Assembly: GCA_051362555.1 (NCBI GenBank)
Contig: CM120646.1
Span: 12,338,001-12,402,000 of the forward strand
Reading direction: 5' to 3'
DNA from: Lingula anatina
Lineage: Eukaryota > Animalia > Brachiopoda
Length of the DNA: 64,000 nt
The notes beneath the pieces are model-generated. The model was given only the letters and a program-made list of their open reading frames with translations. It did no database searches and was not told the DNA's origin. The position numbers and the translations under genes were made by a program. Of the stretch, positions 37,429-50,591 are shown one piece after another (position 1 is the stretch's first letter; every line of letters starts with the position of its first letter).

Positions 37429-40400
37429 ATGGCCAGTAACAGAATGGAAACAGAAGATAAGGAGACTCAGTTTGAAGAAGATATGCAAATCAAAGAAGAG
37501 CCCCCTGATGACAGCGAGGAGGTAGACTATGCAGTGTCCAAGATGGATAACAAGGATGAAAGTCAAAGTGGTAAGATTGGGGTTTCAGTGAATCCAGTAT
37601 ATTTCAGTTCTTGGTGCTCTTTCAAGAAAAAGTAACTACTGTGTTGAACTCATTTTAGAATGTGGTGGAAATTCTAGCAAGAGACATACAGACAGACAGA
37701 TAGGGAGAAAGACAGATATACAGATGTGCACAGAAAAACGAGCCACTTCAACATAAATCGGTGGATTTTTTTTGTGATAGACCAAAATGTTGTATTATAT
37801 TCACAATTTCATTCGAGTGCCTTTCACCTTTTTCCATAGTTGTATATGTGCGCTCCATTCATTCCTTTGTATTTTGATAAGACAAGCATATAGATTACTG
37901 GCTACAACAAAAGGAAAACTGATATGATTGAATAGTTTCTGTATGCAAGTATCAATATATGGCAATTCTTCCTGTTTGCTCTAGATGAGGAAGGAGATGG
38001 GGAGCCTCAGATGCGCCTGTTGTTGCGCCCATGGCTGGAAGCCCAGATAGAAAGTGGTGAGATTCCTGGTCTCAACTGGATAGATAATGAGAGGACGCTG
38101 TTCCGAATACCCTGGAAACATGGTGCCAAGACTACCTTCACCGCCACAGATGGACTCATATTCAAAGTAATTTTTAATGTGATAGTGTGAAGAAAACTTT
38201 TTTTTAATGTGAAAAAATATTTTTTTATGATGAATTTAATAAGACTAACAGAAAAAAAATGTGTAAAAGAAAGATGGCATATTAAAGTAAACTTTCTGAT
38301 AAAATATTATAAAGGCGACTGCCTTCGGATCAGATTATCTATATTCAAGCAAGATGTGAAAATGTTTTCAACTGCAGATAGTAAGCAGTTGATGGTTGAC
38401 TTGAGCCATCTGGCAAAGACCTCATGAAGGGGACAGTCTTCATAGGAATTATTTAAAGGGATAATAACTCTTAGTATGAGATCTATATTTCACAATAAAA
38501 ACATTGTGAATAACTCATAGAAATATAATATATTCTGTTTTACCACAAATACGGCAGTTATAGCTATTATTCTGATGTCTGAGCTTGTCTGCGTACCACG
38601 TGACCTCCATTGATGGCTATACTCTGTTATAATCTCTTAAGAGATTTTAACAAAAAACCAAACTTTTTAGAAAAAAACCAGGGACTAACTTTGAATGTAA
38701 AAATGGATTCATTTACCATCGGTAAGTATGGGAAAATTGTTGTTTACTCCAGGAAAATTCATTTTTTGGCCGAAACGAAGAGTTATTATCCCTTTAATGA
38801 TAAACATTGTTAATCAGTGTAAATCCAGTGAAAGATAAATAAGATATATATTCATATATATATATATCAACTGTTAACTATCAACTGCTTATTAATCTTC
38901 ATGAATTGTCATTTCGTGATATTTTCAGAAATGGTCAATCCACACTGGAAGGTTCCATGATGGGGAGGACCCAAACTATGCCATGTTAAAGACCAGGCTG
39001 AGAATGGCCATTAATAAGGCACCAGATATTGAAGAAGTAAAAGAGCTGCGGAATAAGGAAGGCGACAGTCAGTTTAAAGCCTTCAGATTCCTGCCAAATC
39101 CAAAATGTGGTGAGTGTCGAGTGGTTATCCTGTGTGGTTTTTCATAACTTTTAAAATAGAATTTTATTTTATTATATTTTTTTCATGAAAAAGCAGTTTG
39201 TTTGATAGTTTTAGACTTGAGGAGGTAATTTAAACTTAGGCAAAATTTTGTATTGCCTTCTTTACTTGCCAGTGGGCAGTTCTGAGAAATGGTTAAATCT
39301 TACCATTTTCAGATTTATTGTGCCAAAGTCATTTTCATGAGTATCCGTTATAGCTGTCCAATCCCCATCCTTCCCCCATTTTATAAGTTTTCTCTAGAAA
39401 CATGAAAATTTGAATGACTTCTGTAGGGTACATCTTTTCTCCCCTTTTGGTCAGGGCTGGGTGATCAATCTGCCTTTTTATGATAGAATATGAAAGCAAA
39501 GGGGTGGGGGGTTGCTTTATGTTTCTGATGACGTTGATGATGATGATGGTGATGTATTTATCTTAAACATTGAAAATATCATAGTAATATAGCAGCAAAA
39601 TATTTACACCAAGCAATGCAATTGCCATTGCTTGAAGCTCAGTAAAAGACATCTCCAGGTTAAACTCCCTGTCTAATAAATAACACCAAATGAATTATCA
39701 TTTATGAACCATCAACTTTTTCGTGAAATTTCAATCACTATTTGATTGATGTTTGACTTAGGGCTAAAAAATGCATGCTGTCAGTTGACAAGGATCCCAT
39801 CTTAAAATAACCAGGGATATTGTTATTCAGGATATTAGTATTAAACTGTTTGGTACCATTCGAAAGAAAAAAAAAAAGGTTTCTTTGTTGGTTCCTGACT
39901 CCTGAACTTCTCTTGATTTATGATATCCAAGGCGTAATCAACCTTTTTCTATTAAGGTTTCTTCCAACAGGAAACATTTATACCGAAGGTTGGAGGTTGA
40001 CCCTTTTTTAATCTTCAGTGAGGGCATATTCAGTTTAAAAAAAGTGTTGGTCTAAACTGATCTTCTCTTATGATGGTGCTATCTTTGAGTCGGACAAGAA
40101 GTAGTGACGCTGTTGTGACTGCGCACGTAATTTTTTTGGCAGATGTATCCACAGCACTTTTATGACTTTTATGAGAGAAGAGTGAAGATGGGATCTTTAG
40201 TTAACTGCTGCAGGTGAGACGTGAAAGTCTGGGCTCACCATAGCATGTGAAATATTTTGCCGGTGGTTAAAGATAATATATTTTGGATTCTGAAAATTGG
40301 GAAAAACAGTTTGGCCAAAGTTGTGTCGATATGATGCATAATATCAAAAACAAGATTTCACTTGGCCAATATTAGAATTTAAAAGAGGAAGTATTTCATT

Positions 40401-43400
40401 AGACCACTTGATACCTTTGGGGTGTTTTAAAATAGATATTTTTATGAAGAGACATTTCTTTGCTTTTGCCAAGAGCAGATTTGGCTGAAATTCTTTAGCC
40501 TATTGGTTAAAAGTAAAATTATGCTAGGGTGAGTCCAGCTACAGTTCTCTTCAGTATTGTATACTATGTGGGATAGCCTGAAAACTTGTAGTTTTTGAAT
40601 AATTGAAATTTCTGTTTGCATAAATCATTACTTTAATGCATGCTGATGAACATATTTTTCAAGTGAGTTGCAGGATTGGTTTTCATTTGTCCATAATAAG
40701 AGGCAAAGGCAGGGTACTTTATTTTGAAGTTTGAAAAAAAATTATTTTCCTCTTTAAAGGCCGTTTTCTAAAACAGTGACAAGTCTTTGCAATGATTTTT
40801 GTTACCATTAGCCAGAAATTACTTTTGATCTTTGGACTGGTTTATTTCCTTTTACTTGCGTAAAAGTTTCTTATCAGCAATCACATCTTTTTGAGCATTA
40901 TGGATGAAAAATGGGAGTGGGTTAAGTAGTCAAAAGATTGTTTGGAATATGAACCTTTTTTTCTGATACAAGTGCTAGTTTGAATGCACATTTTGGGAAA
41001 ACTTGAATCCGTTACTAAAGCTTGTAGAGAAGTTTTAAGACTGCTTAAATATTCATGGCTATGTTATACAGCTGAACTTTTTGGGGCTATAACTAGGTTT
41101 AGAGCACCATTGTCTATCACCTTGAATAATAATGATAAAAGTGTAATAAAAAACAAAAAAAAAACAAATTTATCACATTGACCATTTACCATAATAGTAT
41201 CTTGTGCTGGTCTTTCTGTGAATTGTTAAAGAACTTGATGTGAATTTGTTTGCAGGTCAATCCCCATTCACCACCAAAACTTCAGTGTATATGCATTCTC
41301 CACCCAGTTATAACAAGAAGAAAAGAATATCTTCCAAAGACGTGAAGTATCAGCCCCCAGCCACTAGTAAGAGGTTTAAATCAGCAGGCAGTAATAAGCC
41401 AGGATCAGTATCGGTGTCAGGGATGTCTGGAATTGATACGCTCATAGCTGCTGCAGGTAAGGGTGAAGAAAAAAACGTGTAGGGGCATTAAAAATACACT
41501 GGTAAAGGTACTGAAAAATGACTTGTTAAGGTAGCAAAAAATATATACTCGTGAGGGTACTGTAAAATATACTCCTCTGATAGTTTACTCATTTTGTATT
41601 TAATAATACCACTGAAAGGTTTGATGAAACTTATCCAATCTTTTTTTTTTTATTCTTACCCTCCAGAATCGAATGTCACACTAGCAGCCTCCAGTTCCAG
41701 TGGTCATTTGTAAAAAAACTCAAGAGTTCCTTCAAAACGATAGGTCAATATATGGCAATAAAAAAAAAATAATAAAACAACAGAATGAAGATTTGATGAA
41801 ATTTTTTATGTTAACCTCATGGTTGTATGTGTATTCCAGGTGTAACAGCCAGTCAGATGAGTACAGAAGAGGACCACATTGGTGGACCTACGTCTAGTCC
41901 ACTTGATAGAGCCAGTCCTAACAATGACAAGTCTTTGCCTCAGCAACAGCTTCATGTGCCAAGTGTCCAGCAGCAATCCCTACAGGTGCCTGGTGTCCGT
42001 GTGCAAACACTGCAGGTGCCTGGTGTTCAGCAGCAGTCACAACAGGTGCCTGGCACCATGGTTCAACAGCCACAGGTGCCTGGTGTTCAGCAACAGCCAG
42101 CAGAGAAACCCGATACAGATACAGCATCACTGCTGCTCCAAGCCGCACAGTACACTTCCCATGTGTCAGTGGCATCGGCTGGTCATGTCCAAAGTCGACC
42201 AATTGTCCAGGTAGCCATGAGTGGTCAAACTGGAGGTCAGCAAACAAGGTTTCAGCTGCCCAGTGGAGAAATAGCCATAAGGATACCAGGAGATTCTTCC
42301 CAAGGTCAAGGTCACAGCCTGCCAGGCACATCAGACCCCCAGTTATACTTAGTTAACAATGCAGCGACATTACAGCAGACAGCAGCAGTAGCCGGCAACA
42401 GCACAATGTTTGTTAAGAGCCCTGCACTTAAACCGGGCACTACCCAGGGAACATTCACTGTTCCTTACCACAAATCATCAGCTGCAACTTCCTTGAGTAG
42501 TGCAGGTGTCAGTATGACCCCAACCACTGCTCATGTTAATGCACCCCTGACCACCCTCCCTTTAAACACCCCCATCCTAGGGAGCAGAGTCCCCAGTGGT
42601 GCACATACTGACCGTCCTGTAGTGGTCAGTCCGGCCAGTGTCCAAGGGGGTGATAAACAGGTGGTCAGTCAAACCAGTGTGTATCAAGTTAACAGAGCAG
42701 CAGGCGAGTCCTTTGTTTATGCCACCAGGCGGTCTTCAACTCAGTCTGCCCTGCAGAAAGCAATTCTCAGGAAACAGAGGGCCAACGAGACTGTGGAATA
42801 TGGGGCTCAGCCGACAAAGCAGCGGAAGCAGTCTGAAGGGAAGGGGACGGAATATGTTGTTTCTCAAGGTTCAAAATCTGCAAGACACCTAGAAGGACAA
42901 GGAGCCCCAGTTTCTGCTAAGTCTGCTATGAGAGACAATGCAGTCACTTCTCCCACAGAGAAAAATGGCTTTGTTTCTACCTCTTCAGTCAAATCCAAGT
43001 CCAAATCCTCTGACAATTGCGGCTTTACGGAGATATGCGACATGTCAACGCAGACGGAGATGACGGGAGAAGCATTAGAGGCCATACTTTTGGAACATGC
43101 TCAGTTAAAATGCAGATTTGCAGACACAGACAAGTTACGCAGGGAGTTATTCTTAGAACATGTCCTGTCGTCTGATAAAAACATAAAACGCTACACAGGA
43201 CTGCCCACACGAAAGATTCTAGATGGAGTTTTTGATATTTTGGACACACCAGATGTAAGAAAAAGATACTGGAATGAAAGTCAATTGTATCCAGTGGAAA
43301 GTCCAGTGAAAAATGCAGAATGCCAGACACCTGTGGCTCCATCTAAAAAGGAAAATCAGCCAGTGAACTTGGTACAACAATCAGGGCTGACCAATCAGGC

Positions 43401-44400
43401 TGAAGCTGTGCCTCCCCTGGTGACCTCTGGTGGGGAACCTGGTATAGAATCCACAGGGAATCAGAGAGGAAAACGAAAGAGAAAGGTTCCCCAAAAGCAT
43501 GTACCATCATCTCTGGTGAACAATGTCAATAGTGTAATGACTGGTGATTTACCCGGTAGTACTGTGCCACAATATCATGTCAACACCAAGGCCACAAAAC
43601 CAACCTCAGATTGGCCAATTCTCAGTAACTATGAACAGTTCTTATTGGCAATTATAAGGTTTCGGCTTGGTCTCGTGGCGTTTATGATAGGCGATCTGTT
43701 TGGGATTTCAGATCAGCAATCCTCTCGGACTTTTTCTACGTGGGTAGTGTACATGTACAAGGTGATGGGACCGTTACTCAAATGGCCATCACGACAACAA
43801 ATTCAGCGTTTCTTACCTGAGGCTTTCAAGGAGATTAACCCTCAAACCCGGGCTGTGATTGACAGCACAGATTTAGTGTTTGAGGGACCCCAAAGACCTA
43901 AAAAGAAAAAAGGGGGAAAATACCTCGATAAAGTGAATTACACACCAAACACCAAACTGAAGGCTTTATTAGCAACAACTCCATCAGGAGCATTCACTTT
44001 TGTGTCACAACTATGGGACAAAAAAGTATCAAATGCGCACATGGTCCAACAGAGCGGTCTGTTGGACTTGATCGAGCCAGATGACAACATAATGGGCAGT
44101 CATGATTTCCCGGTGGATGCGCTCATGGAGAGCAAAAAGGCAACAATGTCAAGGCCTCATATACGCCTCAAGACCAACAAGTCTTACAGGTGGAGGGCAG
44201 GAAAATCGCTGTCCCATAAGGAGATCATAAAGAATCGTAAAGTCAGCCAGCTTCAGACTGTCACAAAAAAGGCACTGCAGAGGTTGAAAGGTTACAGGAT
44301 GTTGCGTCACGTGATTCCCAGGAAGTTGAAGGATATCTCCCATGAGATGTTGGTGTTGGGAGCAGTCCTGTCCAACTTTTCGCCTCCTATTGTGAAATGA
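37429..44400 (+). CDS. IRF DNA-binding domain fused to a Harbinger-superfamily (ISL2EU-like) transposase-derived domain, 1088 aa; exons 37429-37570, 37985-38166, 38929-39109, 41256-41456, 41840-44400
   Basis: IRF DBD: RLLLRPWLEAQIESGEIPGLNWIDNERTLFRIPWKHGAK...IFK|KWSIHTGRFHDGEDPNYAMLKTRLRMAINKAPDIEEV...FKAFRF. The last exon has SDKNIKRYTGLP, the HTH_Tnp_4-like LSNYEQFLLAIIRFRLGL...DLFGIS...SRTFSTW, and the DDE_Tnp_4-like TRAVIDSTDL...LKALLATTPSGAFTFVSQLW...SGLLDLIEPDD. All introns are GT-AG with phases 1,0,1,1 (3267 nt). AATAAA at 44659. Confidence 0.85.
37985..39109 (+). CDS. IRF (interferon regulatory factor) DNA-binding domain exons (37985-38166, 38929-39109)
   Basis: Tryptophan-repeat IRF signature PWL, GLxW, FRIPWKH, FKKW; recognition helix KTRLRMAINK. 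Confidence 0.93.
38457..38793 (+). mobile_element. TTAA-flanked MITE (Kolobok-like), copy 2, in the intron that splits the IRF domain
   Basis: TTAA|AGGGATAATAACTC...GAGTTATTATCCCT|TTAA with perfect TIR and TSD. Confidence 0.85.
43150..44400 (+). other. Transposase-derived domain (HTH_Tnp_4 + DDE_Tnp_4, PIF/Harbinger-ISL2EU group), apparently catalytically dead
   Basis: Motif order matches THAP-associated DDE_Tnp_4 transposases. The first catalytic Asp is kept (IDSTD, 43861). The ADRGF motif reads GSHDF and the HVER motif reads VTKK. Confidence 0.85.
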
Positions 44401-47400
44401 TCAACCAATTTTTACATTCATAGTTATGTCTTTGTTATCAAATTTCACCCACGAATTTATGAGATTTGGGTGTAAGGAGAGTCTTAATTCAACTTCTTTA
44501 TACCTTTTGTCCAACATTTGCCCTTTGACTTGCTTCCTTTTTTTTCTTCCTTTTTACTAAGGTCAAAATAATATCATTCTTCAAAAATGGAAATGGAGTG
44601 AAGCCAGACATGTCTTATACAGATTGAAATGGTAGACATAAGCAACCTTCCTGTCACAAATAAAATAACATGCAGTACATATATCAAAATGCACTTGAGA
44701 TTGAACTGTAATAATTTGCAGTTCAAGCTGTTAATTTATTTGAAAGTCAATTTTTTATACTTGCATTTACTGTAATTTATATACTATACAATATGGTCAG
44801 TTTAAATGGTTAAGTTGTATCATATATACATTTGGTTGCATTGTTGAAAGATTTGCATAGATTTTCATTTTTACCACTAAAAATTCTGAATAGATGTCTC
44901 CTTAACAAAAGGGTTGTAAAGGTAGTGCAGATCTAGCTCAAGCAAAGTCTGATATTTTTCATATTGATACAATTATTGGAGTATAATGTAAGAGATGATG
45001 CAAAATTCTATTGAACACGCTGTATTTTCAGCCCATTATTGTAAGCTCATTATACCCGGACTTCACTTTTCAGTTCCTCAGTAACTAACCTTAAGTGGCT
45101 GCATTTTCTAGACCCATTTTTACCTTTGCCATAGCCAGTCTTTTAAGTTATACATTAAATCTTTTTTTTTTTTTTGACTCACTTGTTTTGTTTCTTAGTA
45201 TAAGGAACCTTGGAAAGGTCCAAATTACATCAGTAATATATGTTAAACATAGCAGGTTCAAATGGTATTATGATCATTGGTCAATTTTATTTTAATATGA
45301 CCCCCCCCCTCCCCCCACAACCTCCTTTACCTTCAGTTTGAAAGTAGTTTATTGTTAGATTAAAACATAATGAAATATAGGGCACATTTTTCATTTTACT
45401 CTATATGGACAATGTTTGTCAGATTCATTAATATAGAGAAATTCATCCATTATATTGGGAATTAAAAGTTAAAGAACATTTCAAACATGTTTTGGGATGT
45501 GGAGAAATTTTATCCATTTAATTTAAGTTTGAAGAATATTTCGCTCCTTGCTATGAAGTGTGAAGAAACTTAACCCATTTTATGCAAATTATTTCAGCCT
45601 TTGTTATATTTGTCATTTTCATATAGGCACATTGCCATAGTTTAGACAGTCTGTCAATGATTCATTTATAGTAAGTTGTGAAGAACATCCGCCAACCACT
45701 GAGGAAAATTGCCTTTTGAAAACTTGAAAAATGAAAGGAATATAATATCGACTTTAAGGTATGGTAAGATGTGGTGATAAAATGATAGTGCAAGACATAA
45801 TCGAAGAAATTGAAAGGAGCTTTAATTTGAAGCACCTGTAGAAGTGTGCTGTAATAGTGTTATGTGCTTCTTTGGCATACATAATGGAAAGATAAGAGAA
45901 TTGATGATAAAGATGCAAGAGTGGCAAATGTAAGTAAAATGAAGCATGAAGTCATATTTTTTAAGAGGTGTGAGTATAGATCTGCCAAAATATTAAAAAT
46001 TAATTTTTTTTATTTGATTATTATTTTTTTAAAATACATAGATGTCAACTTTTGTTTTTGAAACAATGAACTTGACTATTTGATCTAAACATCTGTTATG
46101 TTGCCATTTTATTCAGGAATAGGCCAGTAAGAAAGAGAACTATTATGCCAGTACATTTATATTGAAATAGGCTTTATATAAATATATACATGTATTTATG
46201 CAGGGAGTAGTTAGAAACATGTTTATCTTAGAGAAATCTTGACTGTGTGATTCCCAGAAAATATCTCCAGATATATATATAAAATAATGATTACTCATAA
46301 TATTGTAAAGAAGTACAAAAAGCAATATGGATTTCAACAAAGAATATTCTAAATGAATGAAAATGACAATTAATTGTAGTATGGACCTTGGTATCTGTAA
46401 AATTATATACACAATAGATTGAAAAAGAATGGTGATTTACTTCATAGTCAAGTATATTGTATTTGAAACAGTCAGGATTGCATATTAACCAGGTACAATA
46501 ATCTATAATGGAAAGATTGTCTGTTATAATGAGGATTTTCATTGCTATTTTTATTTATTTATTTATTTATTTGATTGTGTTATACTGCTATGCAAAGAAT
46601 TGGGCTTGATCATAGCCAAGTCTTAAAGACAACTTAGGACCATCTTTTTCATTTCCACATTTTCATGGATAATTCTTGCTGTGCATATGGAGATTTGAAA
46701 ATGAAGAAGTTGCCAACTATTGGGACTAAACCTCAGGAGAGCTTAATAGTAGATACTATTAGGTAGTGTTTTTGTCCTGATTGTTAATTTGTATAATTAG
46801 AAAATGGATATCAGCTGTCTGTGTCAGCACTGAAGACAAAGTAACAAATTTTCACTCAATTGATCAATTGTGGATAAATAAAGACGAAAGCACCTGTAAG
46901 GTAGATGATGTACATATTAAATATTAAGTAAATTGTATTGGTAGATGATTATATATATAGAGAGGAGTGATTCCTCATATTATTTGTATATAGAGAGGCA
47001 TTGTGTGTATATAGTTTGGGCTATTTGTGTTAAGAACATTGTTTTCATAGTTATTGAATGGCATTTGTGTTGATGAAGTCTGCTTTAGTTCCCCACCCCT
47101 GTATTAATGTATTGTAATGGATTGAGAGATCATAATGTATGGGGCTATTTACAAACATTTCTTGGATTTTGGATATCACCAAATCATTGTTGTCTGGATT
47201 ACAGATTCATAATGTAATCCAGTGAACAGCTTTCAATAATCGAGGCATCACAAATGATCCTTTTAAAATTATGATAGGGGGCGTCTCCCAGCTCTTAGTG
47301 TTGGGCCATGATACACGTTTGATCACAGAATGTTTGAGCAAAACAAATGCTTAGGCTGCTAAGAAGTGTTATTAATATTGTGATGTGGATACTACTTGGA

Positions 47401-47838
47401 ACAATTGTAAAATTGGAAATGCGTTCTTTTGTTTGTAACATGGCCACTGTGACAGTTATTGTAATTACTGGATTTTTTCAATGGGCAAATGTTATTAAAC
47501 TTTCAGATACATAATTTTGTAATCAAAATATATTTCTATATGGCATTGGCGGTGCTTTTACTGCATGGAATAGAACCGTAGTGTAACCTGCTTATTAATT
47601 TTGTTGCTACCACTCAAGGGATGTTTTTATTTTTAGAAATTATGACTAAAAAATACAGTATCTATAAAATTTGAAATTTTTCCCCATTGAAAAGATTGAA
47701 TAATTATCCTAGTTCAGGTTCCCTGAAGAAGTCTGTGTGTGTGTGTTTTGTCCAGTTAGGGGTTTGATTTTTTCATTCTTTTATTATGTACAGACACAGA
47801 TGTGTCTGTACATATAGCCGTCACCTGCGTCTGTCGTC

Positions 47839-47869
<31 letters not shown>

Positions 47870-47881
47870 GCGTGCACTTTT

Positions 47882-48347
47882 ACCGTAAACACGATAAGTG
47901 GAAAACAGTTTTACGTTTTGACTTGAAACTTACAGAACTGATGAATATTCATAATATTCAGGTCAAGTTCGAAAATCAGCATGATCGGGCCATTTTTAGG
48001 GAAGTTATGCTGTTTTTTCACATTTTTCAGCATATATGCAACACCGTAAACATGATAAGTGGAAAACCGTTTTACCTTTTGGTTTGAAACTTACAGAACT
48101 GATGAATTTGTATAATACACAGGTCAAGTTCGAAAATCAGCATGATCGGGTCATTTTTAGGGAAGTTTTGCTTTTTTTCACATTTTTCAGCATATATGCA
48201 ACACCGTAAACACGATAAGTGGAAAACGGTTTTACCTTTTGGTTTGAAACTTACAGAACTGATGAATATTTATAATACACAGGTCAAGTTCGAAAATCAG
48301 CATGATTGGGTCATTTTTAGGGAAGTTATGCTTTTTTTTCACATTTT
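47882..48347 (+). repeat. Tandem repeat, ~160-bp unit, ~3 copies
   Basis: accgtaaac recurs at 47882, 48043 and 48203 with high identity between units. Confidence 0.9.
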
Positions 48348-48747
48348 CTCTGATTCAATTCTTAGGCATGTTAATAGTCTCATTATTGAACTAATAAGAT
48401 ATGTAAAAGAGTTTTTTTACATTTCCTGCATCTTTACAACATTTTTAGTTGATTATGTAAAAATGATGGTAAACTTGTTACCGGTATTGTGTAATGAAGT
48501 GTCAAAAATGGAAATAAACACATATCATTGCAGTTTGTCAGATTCAATCATCCACTATGTTCAGAATCTCAGAATGGAGGAAATTGGACATTTAATACTG
48601 TTCTATTGATATTTTTCCCATCTCATCAATTTTCTTAGTTGGTCATATAAAAATTGCAGTAAACTGTTAATTTTGTTTTAAGTTAAAAAAGTGTTAAAAA
48701 TGGAAATAAACCCATTTCAGAAAAGTGCTGTCTTGTTTACATTTTGA

Positions 48748-50260
48748 CATTTTCAAGATGTGACTTTGAAGTTCCATGGTCCTGAAGACCTTTGCTAGTC
48801 ACATTTTCGGAATATCCATGATACTACTATTTTATTATTAATAATTGATGGTCATTATGCTGTTAAACATTATGTAATATTGCATCAAAATTTGAAGAAA
48901 CCCCTATTTTAGGCACTGCTCCCATGATGACCATTTAAGGAAAATCATGTCACTTACTGTTCTCAAACTTACAGGAAAGAAACATGGGACTAAAATACAG
49001 CTTCAGTAGGCAATGCATTCTGTTTGGTAATTTTTTCTGGCAGTTAAACAGTTTTTTGTGAAAATTTAATTTTTCACATATTGGCATTTTCAAGGTGTGA
49101 CTTTGAAGTTCTATGATCCTGAAGACCTTTGCTAGTCACATTTTCGGAATATCCATGATACTACTATTTTATTATTAATAATTGATGGTCATTATGCTGT
49201 TAAACATCATGTAATGTTACACTAAAATTTGAAGAAACCCCTACTTTGGGCACTGCTCCCATGATGAGCACTTAAGGAAAATCATGTCACTTACTGTTCT
49301 CAAACTTACAGGAAAGAAACATGGGACTAAAATACAGCTTCAGTAGGAAATGTAGTCTGTTTGGTAAATTTTTCTGGCAATTAAACAGTTTTTTGTGAAA
49401 ATTTCATTTTTCACATATTGGCATTTTCAAGGTGTGACTTAGAACCTCCACGGGCTTGAAGACCCATGCTAGTCACATTTTCTGAAGATCCATAATACGT
49501 ATATTTTATTATTAAAAATTGATGGTCATTATGCTGTTAAGCATTATGTAATGTTGCATCAAAATAGAAGAAAACACAATTTTTGGTGCTGCTGCCATGA
49601 TGACCATTATGGGAAAACCGTCTTACTTATGACTGTCAAACTTTCAAAAAAGAAACACAGGACTAAAATGCAGCCTGAGTTGGAAAAGCAGTCTAATTGG
49701 CTTCTTTTTCTGGAAGTTATACACTTTAGTGAAAAATTCATTATTATCGTGTTGGCATATTCATTGTGGGACTCAGACCTCCCATGGACATGAAGCCGAA
49801 TGGTAATCAAATTTTCTAAATGCCCATGCTATTTATAGTCAATAATCAAAAATTGGTGATAATTATTTTATAATTTATTATGTAATGTTACATCAAAATT
49901 GACAAAAATCTTTTTGCACTGCTACTGCAAACATTATGAAAAGAAAACTGTGTTACTTATTATTATTTTTAACTTACAAGTATGATTTTTAGGATTGGCA
50001 TGCAGTTCAAATTAGAAAGCCAGCTCAATTGGGTTATCTTTTATCATTGAATTCATGCTATTTTGTGTGAAATTTTCATTTTTCTCATTCTGGCACTTTT
50101 AAAGTATAAACTTGAACTCTGATGGGCCTGAAGCCTTATGCTTTTACTTTCGTTGGTGTTACCTGTTGTGCATAATTAAAATTTGATGTTGACTGTGCAG
50201 TTAAACATAATGTATTATTGCATCAGAATTGGTAGTCTCCTATTTTGTGCATTATTGTTA
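48748..50260 (+). repeat. Tandem repeat, ~337-bp unit: three conserved copies plus about two degenerate copies
   Basis: cattttcaag.tgtgactt recurs at 48748, 49085 and 49422; weaker copies near 49755 and 50093. Confidence 0.85.
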
Positions 50261-50498
50261 TGTGCTTTTCTTAAGATGTGACTTATGGGCCTGAAAGATC
50301 TTTGAGAAGGTCAGTCTGTAAATTTCCCTTGGGTATCACTTAGCTAAGTTATAAAATCATTTGCCTAATTAATAGGCCATTAAATGAGATTACATAAAGC
50401 ACACTTGTTGATATTTCCCTGTAAACTGCCAAAGGTTAAGCTCTCTGCTAGATAAATAATAAGGAAGCAGTGATAATTATACAGGTAAATTATGCAGG

Positions 50499-50502
<4 letters not shown>

Positions 50503-50545
<43 letters not shown>
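50503..50545. repeat. (TA)n microsatellite
   Basis: Direct observation. Confidence 0.9.
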
Positions 50546-50547
<2 letters not shown>

Positions 50548-50591
50548 AACTTGAAGATTGAAAGTTTGAATAGCAGCTTCATTGGAATTAT

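Noticed and set aside
41827-44400. Autonomous active Harbinger/ISL2EU transposon
   Set aside because: No THAP domain, TIRs or partner ORF seen; two catalytic residues are lost; the ORF opens at a splice acceptor in phase with host exons.
47872-48609. ORFs with repeated RKHDKWKTVL peptide
   Set aside because: Translations of the 160-bp tandem repeat inside a HINE.
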